Origin: Clostridia bacterium
Lineage (GTDB): Bacteria > Bacillota > Clostridia > Christensenellales > QALW01
Reading direction: 5' to 3'
Assembly: GCA_900769815.1 (NCBI GenBank)
Contig: CAAGID010000011.1
Span: 14,772 to 78,771 of the forward strand
DNA: 64,000 nucleotides
This document shows, piece after piece, positions 27,784 through 36,627 of the stretch. The translations under genes and the position numbers were made by a program. The notes below the pieces were generated by a model. That model was not told the origin of the DNA, did not search any database, and was given only the letters and a program-made list of their open reading frames with translations. Position 1 is the first letter of the stretch. Each line of letters opens with the position of its first letter.

Positions 27784-30700
27784 ATGTACAAAAAAGTTGA
27801 TACCGGTCTTAATTTTGTAGACAGGGAAAAAGAGATTCTTTCATATTGGAAAGAAAACGAGATTTTTGAACGCAGCACAAAAAAGAATGAAGGCAACAAG
27901 GAATTTACTTTTTATGACGGTCCGCCTACAGCAAACGGCAAGCCTCATATTGGTCATATTCTTACTCGTGTTATTAAGGATATTATTCCCCGTTACCGCA
28001 CAATGAAGGGCTATCACGTTCTTCGTAAAGCAGGTTGGGATACTCACGGTCTTCCCGTTGAGCTTGAGGTTGAAAAACAGCTTGGTATTTCAGGCAAGCC
28101 TCAAATTGAAGATTACGGCATTGAGCCCTTTATTGAAAAATGCAAGGAAAGTGTTTGGAAATATCAAGGCGAATGGGAGAAAATGAGTGACCGTGTAGGT
28201 TACTGGGTTGATATGGAGCATCCTTACGTTACATATCACGATGATTACATCGAAAGTGAATGGTGGGCACTTAAAACCATTTCCGAAAAAGACCTTTTAT
28301 ACAAAGGTCATAAGGTTGTGCCCTACTGTCCTCGTTGCGGTACTGCGCTTTCTTCACACGAAGTTGCACAGGGCTATAAAGACGTTAAGGAAACAAGCGT
28401 TTTCGTTTCATTCAAGGTTAAAAATGAAGAAAATACTTATCTTCTCGCCTGGACAACTACACCTTGGACTCTTCCTTCAAACGTTGCACTTTGCGTAAAC
28501 GCAAAAGAAGATTACGTATACGTTGATTTTGAAGGTAAAACATATATTTGTGCAAAAGCTCTTATTGAAAGTGCTTTAGGCGAAGGCGGAGTAATTTTAA
28601 AAGAGCTTAAGGGTGCAGACCTTTGCGGTATGGACTATGAGCCTTTATTTGATTTTGCAAAGACCAATAAGCGTGCCTGGTACGTTGTATCTGACGACTA
28701 CGTTACACTTGATGCAGGTTCAGGTATTGTACACATTGCCCCTGCTTTTGGTGAAGATGATGCCCGCGTAGGCAGAGAAAATGACCTTCCCTTCGTTCAG
28801 CTTATCAATGCACAGGGTTGCTTTGTTGAAGAAGCAACACCTTATGCGGGTATGTTTATTAAAGACGCTGACAAGGTTATTATCAAAGACCTTGATGAAG
28901 CAGGCAAGCTTGTCCGTGCAGTTGAATTTACACACAGCTATCCCTTCTGCTGGAGATGCGATACTCCACTTATTTACTATGCAAGAAGCACTTGGTTTAT
29001 CAAGATGACTGCAGTTAAGGACCAGCTTATCAAAAACAACCGTTCCGTTAACTGGATTCCCGAAAGCATCAAAGACGGCAGAATGGGTAACTTCCTTGAA
29101 AACGTTATTGACTGGGGTCTTTCACGTGAGCGTTATTGGGGTACTCCCCTTCCTGTTTGGGAATGCGAATGCGGTCATTTCCATACAGTAGGTTCAAGAA
29201 AAGAACTCGTTGAGCTTACAGGTTGTGATGAGAACATTGAGCTTCATAAGCCTTTCCTTGACCCCCTTACAATTAAGTGTCCTAAGTGCGGCAAGGATAT
29301 GCACCGTGCACCTGAAGTTATTGACTGTTGGTTTGACTCAGGTTCAATGCCTTTTGCACAGTTACACTACCCCTTTGAAAACAAGGAGCTTTTTGAAAAG
29401 TTGTTCCCTGCTGATTTCATCAGTGAGGCTATTGACCAGACAAGAGGTTGGTTCTATACTCTTCTTGCCATTTCAACTCTTCTTTTTGATAAAGCCCCCT
29501 TTAAGAACTGTATCGTTTTAGGTCACGTAAACGATAAAGATGGTATCAAGATGAGTAAACACAAGGGCAACGTTGTTGACCCTTGGAGTATTCTTGATAA
29601 ACAGGGTTCCGATGCTGTGCGTTGGTACTTCTATACAGGTTCATCCCCCTGGTTGCCTTCACGTTTCTACGGTGAAGCAGTTTCCGAGGCACAGCGTAAA
29701 TATATGGGTACCTTGTGGAATACTTATGCTTTCTATGTAATGTACGCTAATATTGATAAATTTAATCCCACTGAATACAAGCTTGAATACGACAAGCTTT
29801 CAGTGATGGATAAGTGGATTCTTTCAAGATTACAAAGTCTTGTTAAATTCGTTGACGAGGGTCTTGAAAACTACCGCATTACCGAAACAGCACGTGCAAT
29901 GAACGATTTCGTTGACGAGCTTTCAAACTGGTATATCCGTCGCGGCAGAGAGCGTTATTGGGGCAAGGATATGACTCAGGATAAGATTAATGCTTATATG
30001 ACTCTCTATACCGTTCTTGAAACTCTTACAAAGCTTACTGCACCCTATACTCCCTTTGTTGCAGAAGAAATTTACCGCAACATCGTAGTTTCAGTTGATG
30101 CTTCAGCTCCTGAAAGTGTGCATCTTTGTGACTTCCCCGTTGCAAATGAAAATTGGATTGATACTGAGCTTGAAGACAATATGGCTTGGCTTTTAAAAGC
30201 TGTTGCTTTAGGCCGTGCTTGTAGAAATGATGCAAATATCAAAAACCGTCAGCCCTTACAGACACTTTTCATAAGCGGTGCAAAGTTGCTTCCCGAAATG
30301 TTCTGCAAGGAAATTGAGGATGAGCTTAACGTTAAGGAAGTTAAGTTTACCGACGACTCTTCTGACTTTATTACTTACACCTTTAAGCCTCAGCTTCGTA
30401 CAGTCGGTCCTAAATACGGAAAGTTAGTAGGTCTTATCGGCAAGGAGCTTGCAAATGCAGACGGTTCAGCACTTTACAAAGAACTTAACACCAACGCTTC
30501 AATCAAATTTGATATAAACGGTACTGAGGTTATTCTTACTGCTGACGACCTTCTTATTACACCTGCAAACAAGTCGGGCTTCACTGCACAGAGCGATTCA
30601 GAAATTACAGTCGTTCTTGATAATAACCTTACTGACGAGCTTATCCGCGAAGGTTATATGCGTGAGCTTGTTTCAAAGATTCAGACAATGCGTAAGGAAA

Positions 30701-30897
30701 CAGGTTTTGAGGTTACTGACCATATTAAGCTTGTTATTACTTGCGACGGCGTAATTGCTGAAATTGTAAATGAATATGCAACCGATATTTCAAGTGATTG
30801 TCTTGCAGACATAGTTGAAATCGGCGAGCCTTTAGAAAACAATAAGGAATGGGATATTAACGATAAAAAGTGCGTTATCTCAATGGAAAAAATCTGA
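27784..30897 (+). CDS. ileS: isoleucyl-tRNA synthetase (long, type 2-like form)
   Basis: HIGH motif PTANGKPHIGH, KMSKS motif KMSKHKGN, and an editing CP1 domain. 1037 aa. Confidence 0.96.
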   Translation: MYKKVDTGLNFVDREKEILSYWKENEIFERSTKKNEGNKEFTFYDGPPTANGKPHIGHILTRVIKDIIPRYRTMKGYHVLRKAGWDTHGLPVELEVEKQLGISGKPQIEDYGIEPFIEKCKESVWKYQGEWEKMSDRVGYWVDMEHPYVTYHDDYIESEWWALKTISEKDLLYKGHKVVPYCPRCGTALSSHEVAQGYKDVKETSVFVSFKVKNEENTYLLAWTTTPWTLPSNVALCVNAKEDYVYVDFEGKTYICAKALIESALGEGGVILKELKGADLCGMDYEPLFDFAKTNKRAWYVVSDDYVTLDAGSGIVHIAPAFGEDDARVGRENDLPFVQLINAQGCFVEEATPYAGMFIKDADKVIIKDLDEAGKLVRAVEFTHSYPFCWRCDTPLIYYARSTWFIKMTAVKDQLIKNNRSVNWIPESIKDGRMGNFLENVIDWGLSRERYWGTPLPVWECECGHFHTVGSRKELVELTGCDENIELHKPFLDPLTIKCPKCGKDMHRAPEVIDCWFDSGSMPFAQLHYPFENKELFEKLFPADFISEAIDQTRGWFYTLLAISTLLFDKAPFKNCIVLGHVNDKDGIKMSKHKGNVVDPWSILDKQGSDAVRWYFYTGSSPWLPSRFYGEAVSEAQRKYMGTLWNTYAFYVMYANIDKFNPTEYKLEYDKLSVMDKWILSRLQSLVKFVDEGLENYRITETARAMNDFVDELSNWYIRRGRERYWGKDMTQDKINAYMTLYTVLETLTKLTAPYTPFVAEEIYRNIVVSVDASAPESVHLCDFPVANENWIDTELEDNMAWLLKAVALGRACRNDANIKNRQPLQTLFISGAKLLPEMFCKEIEDELNVKEVKFTDDSSDFITYTFKPQLRTVGPKYGKLVGLIGKELANADGSALYKELNTNASIKFDINGTEVILTADDLLITPANKSGFTAQSDSEITVVLDNNLTDELIREGYMRELVSKIQTMRKETGFEVTDHIKLVITCDGVIAEIVNEYATDISSDCLADIVEIGEPLENNKEWDINDKKCVISMEKI

Positions 30898-31757
30898 TGT
30901 TCGTTACAGACAGTTGGAAAGATTATGAACTTATAGATACCGGTAACGGTATGAAATTGGAGCGATGGAAGGATATTATCCTTCATCGCCCCGACCCTCA
31001 GGTTATATGGCCTTATTCAAAAGAACCTAATAAAAAGAATATTCACGCCGTATATAAACGCTCTTCTTCCGGTGGCGGAAACTGGGATTTTTATAAAAAA
31101 GTTCCTGATAAATGGAATATTCAGTGGCGTGACCTTACCTTCACGGTAAGACCTATGGGATTTAAACACACAGGCCTTTTTCCTGAACAAGCAGTTAACT
31201 GGGATTGGATGCGTGACCTCATAAAAAAAGAGGACAAGCAAGTTAACGTGCTCAATTTATTCGGTTACACCGGCGGTGCAACAGTTGCTTGTGCCTCTGC
31301 AGGTGCAAAAGTATGCCACGTAGATGCCGCAAAGAATATGGTTCAGATAGGAAAGGAAAATCTTAAGGCAAGCGGACTTGAAAATGCTCCTGTAAGATGG
31401 ATAGTTGATGACTGCCTTAAGTTTGTTCAGCGTGAAATACGCAGAGGTAACAAATACGACGGTATTATTCTTGACCCGCCCAGCTACGGCAGAGGTCCCG
31501 GAGGCGAATTATGGCATCTTGAAGAAATGTTATATCCATTTATGGAAAGCCTTGTTAAAATTCTTTCGGATGAGCCATTATTCCTTTTATTAAATAGCTA
31601 TACGACAGGCTTACAACCTTTGGTTCTTAAAAACGTTATCCAAAAGACCGTATGCAAAAAATTTGGAGGAAAAGTTACCGCTGAAGAAGTTGGCTTAAAA
31701 GCAACTATGGGCGATATTATTCTTCCCTGCGGTGCATCAGGCAGATGGGAAAGGTAA
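30897..31757 (+). CDS. class I SAM-dependent (RlmI/RlmK-like) RNA methyltransferase
   Basis: Start at the TGATG overlap with ileS. SAM motif VLNLFGYTGGATVA and a DPPSYGRG motif. Confidence 0.8.
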   Translation: MFVTDSWKDYELIDTGNGMKLERWKDIILHRPDPQVIWPYSKEPNKKNIHAVYKRSSSGGGNWDFYKKVPDKWNIQWRDLTFTVRPMGFKHTGLFPEQAVNWDWMRDLIKKEDKQVNVLNLFGYTGGATVACASAGAKVCHVDAAKNMVQIGKENLKASGLENAPVRWIVDDCLKFVQREIRRGNKYDGIILDPPSYGRGPGGELWHLEEMLYPFMESLVKILSDEPLFLLLNSYTTGLQPLVLKNVIQKTVCKKFGGKVTAEEVGLKATMGDIILPCGASGRWER

Positions 31758-31763
31758 AAACAG

Positions 31764-32456
31764 ATGTTTGAAATTTTATACGAAGATAATCATATAATTG
31801 TTGCTGAAAAGCCGCAAAATACCATTATTGCCGGCGATATTACAGGTGATAAATCAATGCTTGATTCCTTAAAAGAATACGTTAAGGAAAAGTACAACAA
31901 GCCCGGCGAAGCCTATTTAGGTCTTGTGCACAGACTTGACCGTCCTGCAGGCGGATTAGCCGTTTTTGCACGTACCTCAAAGGCTGCATCAAGACTTGCA
32001 GACCAATTAAAAGAAAACGAGCTTAAACGCACTTATTATTGCGTTGTCCGCGGTGTTCCCAGAAATTCATCTGACAGACTTGTTGATTATTTAAGAAAAA
32101 ATGAGTCAACAAATACTGTTGACGTTGTACCCCAGGCTGTTGAAGGTGCAAAGAAAGCTGTTCTTAATTATAAATTATTGCAGAAAGTGGAGACTAAAGA
32201 AGGTACTTTATCTCTTTTGCAGGTTCAGCTTGAAACAGGACGTTCACACCAAATTCGTGTTCAGATGGCTAATATGGGTTGCCCTCTCTGGGGCGATCAG
32301 CGTTACGGCTTTAAGGTAAATAAAAAGGGTCAGCAATTAGCTCTTTATGCTATTAAATTGCGTCTTATCCATCCTACAAAAAAGGATTCAATGCAATTTA
32401 TCTGTTATCCCCCTGAAATTATGCCCTGGACATATTTTAAACTTAATATTGAATAG
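31764..32456 (+). CDS. RluA-family pseudouridine synthase (no S4 domain)
   Basis: Catalytic motif HRLDRPAGG, plus GRSHQIRVQ. Confidence 0.9.
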   Translation: MFEILYEDNHIIVAEKPQNTIIAGDITGDKSMLDSLKEYVKEKYNKPGEAYLGLVHRLDRPAGGLAVFARTSKAASRLADQLKENELKRTYYCVVRGVPRNSSDRLVDYLRKNESTNTVDVVPQAVEGAKKAVLNYKLLQKVETKEGTLSLLQVQLETGRSHQIRVQMANMGCPLWGDQRYGFKVNKKGQQLALYAIKLRLIHPTKKDSMQFICYPPEIMPWTYFKLNIE

Positions 32457-32466
32457 TTCTTCTATA

Positions 32467-32496
32467 TTGACATTTATGTATGTAATAGGATATAAT
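32467..32496 (+). promoter_or_regulatory. candidate sigma-A promoter of the pqqD-like operon
   Basis: TTGACA (32467-32472), 18 nt, TATAAT (32491-32496). Confidence 0.6.
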
Positions 32497-32527
32497 AAAA
32501 ATATATTATATTTTTAAGGAGTATTTT

Positions 32528-32788
32528 GTGAAAATAAAAGACAGTTTTATTTTACGAAGCATCGCAGGAATAAATACAGTTATTTCCACCGCCCCATCAT
32601 CAGGTTTTGACGGTATGATAACCCTTAACGAAACAGGCGTTTTTATGTGGAACGTGCTTAAAAACGGTGCAACTGTAGATGAACTTATAAATGCGGTAAT
32701 TGCAGAATATGATATCGACAAAGAAATCGCTTCTGCTGACTGCAATGAGTTTATTGAAAAATTACAGTCAATTAACGTGTTTGAGTAA
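32528..32788 (+). CDS. PqqD-family protein (RiPP recognition element-like)
   Basis: 86 aa. [47 protein letters not shown] is the typical PqqD/RRE winged-helix pattern. GTG start, 6 nt after AGGAG. Confidence 0.8.
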   Translation: MKIKDSFILRSIAGINTVISTAPSSGFDGMITLNETGVFMWNVLKNGATVDELINAVIAEYDIDKEIASADCNEFIEKLQSINVFE

Positions 32789-32804
32789 TAGCAAGGAGAA
32801 AATT

Positions 32805-33695
32805 ATGAGTAAAAAAACAAAAGGTATAATTTTAGCAGGCGGAAAAGGTACTCGTCTTTACCCAATGACAAAAGTAATTTCAAAGCAGTTGTTGCCTATT
32901 TACGACAAGCCGCTTATTTACTATCCCCTCTCAATTCTTTTACTTGCAGGAATTGATGAAGTTCTTATTATTTCAACTCCCGACGACACTCCCCTTTATA
33001 AGCGCCTTTTAGGCGATGGCTCACGTTTAGGTATTTCCATATCATACGCCGTACAAGACCAACCTAGGGGTCTTGCAGATGCTTTTATAATCGGCGAAAA
33101 ATTCATTGATAAAGATAACGTTTGCCTTGTTTTAGGCGATAACGTTTTCTATGGTCAAAATTTTTCACAGCTTCTTTATAAGGCAAAAGAGCTTGAAGAG
33201 GGTGCAACAATTTTTGGTTATCCTGTTTCAGACCCAAGAGCATTTGGTGTTGTTGAATTTGATGAAAATAACAAGGTTATTTCAATTGAAGAAAAACCAC
33301 AGAATCCCAAGAGCAATTATGCTGTTCCCGGTTTATATTTCTACGACAACAGGGTTGTTGAAATTGCAAAGAACGTGAAGCCTTCGGCTCGTGGTGAAAT
33401 TGAAATTACATCAATTAACAATGCTTACCGTGAAAAAAGCGAACTTAACGTTATTCTTATGGGTCGCGGTATGGCTTGGCTCGATACAGGTACGCCTGAA
33501 GGTATGCTTACTGCTTCAAACTATGTGCACGCTATACAATCACTTCAAGGCTTTTATATTTCTTGCATTGAAGAAATTGCTTGGCGTAGAGGTTTTATTA
33601 CCGCAGAACAGCTTTATGAATTAGGTAAGGAAACTCAGACTACTGACTACGGCAAATATATTATGGACCTTGCAGAGAGGAATATTAAAGCTTAA
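32805..33695 (+). CDS. rfbA: glucose-1-phosphate thymidylyltransferase
   Basis: [37 protein letters not shown] and the rest of the length are strongly RmlA-like. Start reset to the ATG at 32805, which follows AAGGAG. Confidence 0.92.
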   Translation: MSKKTKGIILAGGKGTRLYPMTKVISKQLLPIYDKPLIYYPLSILLLAGIDEVLIISTPDDTPLYKRLLGDGSRLGISISYAVQDQPRGLADAFIIGEKFIDKDNVCLVLGDNVFYGQNFSQLLYKAKELEEGATIFGYPVSDPRAFGVVEFDENNKVISIEEKPQNPKSNYAVPGLYFYDNRVVEIAKNVKPSARGEIEITSINNAYREKSELNVILMGRGMAWLDTGTPEGMLTASNYVHAIQSLQGFYISCIEEIAWRRGFITAEQLYELGKETQTTDYGKYIMDLAERNIKA

Positions 33696-34394
33696 ATGAG
33701 TACATATTCTATTGCAGAATTAACAGTTAATATGGAGCCATTTGGTAAAACCGTTGTTCAGGCGGAAAAATATCTTATCGCTCCTAAAGAATCTGCAGAT
33801 ATTACACTTACGTATAGTATAGATAATATGAAACACTATCTTGCACATCATCCTGAAATTTCTGAAGAAAGTTACGTTTATATGCTTTTAGGAAAGAAAT
33901 TTGCAGAATGTTTGTTAGATTATGACGGTCTTGTACTTCATTCTTCTGCCATAGCATATGAAAATAAGGCATATTTGTTTTCTGCTGATTCAGGCACCGG
34001 TAAATCAACGCATACTAGCTTTTGGACAAAGTGTTTTGACGGTGCAGAGGTAATAAACGACGATAAGCCTGCCTTAAGACTGATGGACGGTATTTTCTAT
34101 GCATACGGTACTCCTTGGAGCGGTTCAACACCAATAAATCTTAACGTAAAAGTTCCCTTGCAGGCAATATGCTTTATTGAGCGTGCCGACAAAAATTCTA
34201 TTGAACGAATTACCGATAATGCTGAAATTATAAAGCTTTTTATGCCGCAAACGTTAAGACATGTTGGTAACGACAAAGCCGAAAAACTTATGCTTAATCT
34301 GGAAAAACTTATAAGCAATATTCCGTTCTATAAATTACGTTGTCTTCCCAACGAAGATGCCGCAAAATTAGCATATGAAATTATGTCAAAATAA
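33696..34394 (+). CDS. HPr-kinase-like P-loop protein (HprK-related kinase family)
   Basis: LVLHSSAIAYENKAYLFSADSGTGKSTHTS..NDDKPALR resembles the HprK C-terminal domain P-loop region. Its start abuts the rfbA stop (TAAATG). Confidence 0.6.
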   Translation: MSTYSIAELTVNMEPFGKTVVQAEKYLIAPKESADITLTYSIDNMKHYLAHHPEISEESYVYMLLGKKFAECLLDYDGLVLHSSAIAYENKAYLFSADSGTGKSTHTSFWTKCFDGAEVINDDKPALRLMDGIFYAYGTPWSGSTPINLNVKVPLQAICFIERADKNSIERITDNAEIIKLFMPQTLRHVGNDKAEKLMLNLEKLISNIPFYKLRCLPNEDAAKLAYEIMSK

Positions 34395-34396
34395 GT

Positions 34397-34421
34397 GATA
34401 CCCGAAAGGGTATCTTTTTTT
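34397..34421 (+). terminator. rho-independent terminator
   Basis: GATACCC-GAAA-GGGTATC followed by TTTTTTT. Confidence 0.85.
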
Positions 34422-34487
34422 CACACATTTTGACGATTCGGAATAATATATATAGAGAAAGTCAAGAATTGTTTTGAGGTGATATTT

Positions 34488-34649
34488 ATGATTAAATGCT
34501 GTATTTGTGATAAAGAAAAAAAGGAGCATATAACCGTTTTAGGAAAGGCCATATGCTCAGACTGTGAATGGAAAATATTAACCGAAAAAACACATTCTGT
34601 CGGTTATAATAAGTGTATTTCAAAATTAAAAAATATTTTCTCAACATAA
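34488..34649 (+). CDS. unannotated 53-aa Cys-rich protein, Gin/CsfB-like (anti-sigma-G)
   Basis: My own translation reads MIKCCICDKEKKEHITVLGKAICSDCEWKILTEKTHSVGYNKCISKLKNIFST. The CxxC..n..CxxC layout and the Y..n..LK.I tail resemble B. subtilis CsfB. GAGGTG sits 7 nt upstream. Confidence 0.65.
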   Translation: MIKCCICDKEKKEHITVLGKAICSDCEWKILTEKTHSVGYNKCISKLKNIFST

Positions 34650-34685
34650 AAAGCCGAGCAAATCGCTCGGCTTTTCATTTTTTTA
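34647..34685. terminator. bidirectional terminator
   Basis: AAGCCGAGC-AAATC-GCTCGGCTT with T tracts on both strands. It closes both the gin-like ORF and the large minus-strand operon. Confidence 0.85.
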
Positions 34686-35726
34686 CTAGCCAACCATACC
34701 TGAACGTTCAATACTCTGAACAAAGAACTTCTGACAAAAGCAGTAAAGAATAATGATAGGCGTTATATGCATTACCGTACACGCTGACTGATATAATGAG
34801 TTAAGAACTACGTCTCCGGGTTTATCAAGAACACTGACTACATACTTTGAACCCATGTCTACAATCTGTGTCGCCATAACTTTGGCGCTGGGGTTAAGCA
34901 TTGAGATATAGTTTCTGTCATTATACTGCCATACGAATGCAAACAAGAAAACTGTCACAAGCATAGGCAACGCGCTGGGGAGCATAACCTGAACGAAGGT
35001 TCTGAAAGGTCCTGCACCGTCAATATATGCAGCCTCTTCAAGCTCTTTGGGCTGGTTAACGAAATACTGACGGAGAAGGAATACGAATAAACCATTACGA
35101 TACATTGTTGCCGTTGCAGACAAAAGACCGATAGCAGTCCAACCACGTGTAAGATCAATATTGGGGATTGTTTTAAGTTGATCACCAAAAGAGAACATAT
35201 ACAAGGGGTTAAATGCCTGATATCTGAATCTCATAGCTTCAGTAAGCATCTGAATGGGCACCATCAAAGTAAAGATACACATAAGGAAGATGAAGTTGTT
35301 GCCCTTAAACTTAAATCTTGCAAGACCATAAGCAACTACCATACATGAGCACATCTGGAAAAGTGCAAACACAAATGAAGTTGTAAAAGAACTGAGATAA
35401 AGCTGTGGAATTTTTGCAAACTGCCACATAGCAATATAGTTGTTAACGTTTATAGCCGTGGGCACAAGAATAACTGTAGGATCGTAAACGTCCTGTTGTG
35501 ACATAAATGACGTAATAATCGTCAACAAAATAGGATAAACAACAAGATAACAAATACCAACAAGCAGCACTGTTCTCATTATTGCCCAAATAAAATTGAA
35601 TGTACGTTTACCAAATAAGGCACGCTTGAACTTCTGCCAAGGCGTAAGTGTAGGGATGACAAAGCTATCAACTTCTTCAGCGCCTACTTCGTTTGTAAGC
35701 TTAATTTTATCAAGTTTTTCCATCAT
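34686..35726 (-). CDS. carbohydrate ABC permease (MalG-like) of second pair, with extended N-terminus
   Basis: EAA loop LEEAAYIDGAGPFRTFVQVMLP. Start set at MMEKL, which follows GGGGGTGGAG. Confidence 0.8.
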   Translation of the reverse strand: MMEKLDKIKLTNEVGAEEVDSFVIPTLTPWQKFKRALFGKRTFNFIWAIMRTVLLVGICYLVVYPILLTIITSFMSQQDVYDPTVILVPTAINVNNYIAMWQFAKIPQLYLSSFTTSFVFALFQMCSCMVVAYGLARFKFKGNNFIFLMCIFTLMVPIQMLTEAMRFRYQAFNPLYMFSFGDQLKTIPNIDLTRGWTAIGLLSATATMYRNGLFVFLLRQYFVNQPKELEEAAYIDGAGPFRTFVQVMLPSALPMLVTVFLFAFVWQYNDRNYISMLNPSAKVMATQIVDMGSKYVVSVLDKPGDVVLNSLYQSACTVMHITPIIILYCFCQKFFVQSIERSGMVG

Positions 35727-35736
35727 CTCCACCCCC

Positions 35737-36627
35737 TTAGTTCTCATAGTAAACAAGCTTTGATATAATTCCTGCAACGGCAGCAATTACCACTGTTGTC
35801 ATCAGGAAATACATCCAGCCCATTGCCATACGGTCATAAGTTTCAACAACTGCAGGAGAGTTAATATACTCTAAAACCGGGTTTGTTGTTGAGCAAAGGT
35901 TTTCAATCATAATATAAACTGTGTTAACAAGAATCATTGGGCTTATCATCGGGAAGGTTATCTTCCAGAAGTTTTCCCAACCTGTAGCACCTTCAACCTT
36001 TGATGATTCAAAGATTGAGGGTGAAATAGTCTGAAGTCCCGCAAGGAAGATAAGCGTAGGAACACCTGCACCATTTATGATTCCGCTAAGTTTATCAAAT
36101 GCCGTACCGATAAATTGGCCAAAGGTACCGCCGATAGACTCTTGAATATTTCCTGCAAGGTTCATTGCCTGAGAACCAACTGATTCCATCTGACCTGCAT
36201 CAACACCAGTTTCGCCTGCAAGTAATAATGCTGCAACACCGGCAGAAGTAATAACAGGCATAAATAATACTGCACGGACAAATGTTCTTCCACGGAAGTT
36301 TTGGTTAAGAACGTTAGCCATTAGGAAACTGAATATCAATATGCAGGGAACAGTAATTATCATATCTGAACCTGCAGCAATAAGTGCATTGATATAGTCT
36401 GCCTGATTTTTATAAGCATCTACATATGCCTTAAAGCCATAAGGCTCAATATTGATAACATTTGTAACACTATTGAAAACCTGATCGTTAAAAGACAGAA
36501 CAAGTGCCGTGTAAAGAGGTGATATAACAAAGAATATAAAACCTAAAATGAAAGGAAGCACAAAAAGCCATCCTGACAAAGAACGTCTTGTCATCAAACC
36601 TAATTTATAACTTCTTGGTTTTTTCAT
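35737..36627 (-). CDS. carbohydrate ABC permease (MalF-like) of second pair
   Basis: N-terminus RRSLSGWLFVLPFILGFIFFVISP. EAA-type loop ESSKVEGATGWENFWKITFP. Confidence 0.8.
   Translation of the reverse strand: MKKPRSYKLGLMTRRSLSGWLFVLPFILGFIFFVISPLYTALVLSFNDQVFNSVTNVINIEPYGFKAYVDAYKNQADYINALIAAGSDMIITVPCILIFSFLMANVLNQNFRGRTFVRAVLFMPVITSAGVAALLLAGETGVDAGQMESVGSQAMNLAGNIQESIGGTFGQFIGTAFDKLSGIINGAGVPTLIFLAGLQTISPSIFESSKVEGATGWENFWKITFPMISPMILVNTVYIMIENLCSTTNPVLEYINSPAVVETYDRMAMGWMYFLMTTVVIAAVAGIISKLVYYEN

Noticed and set aside
34488-34649. The 53-aa Cys-rich peptide ending in ...NIFST, considered as the missing precursor substrate of the upstream PqqD/kinase module.
   Set aside because: A strong terminator separates it from that operon. 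Its Cys spacing and C-terminal motif match the Gin/CsfB anti-sigma factor pattern much better than any RiPP precursor I know. I kept it only as a remote alternative.
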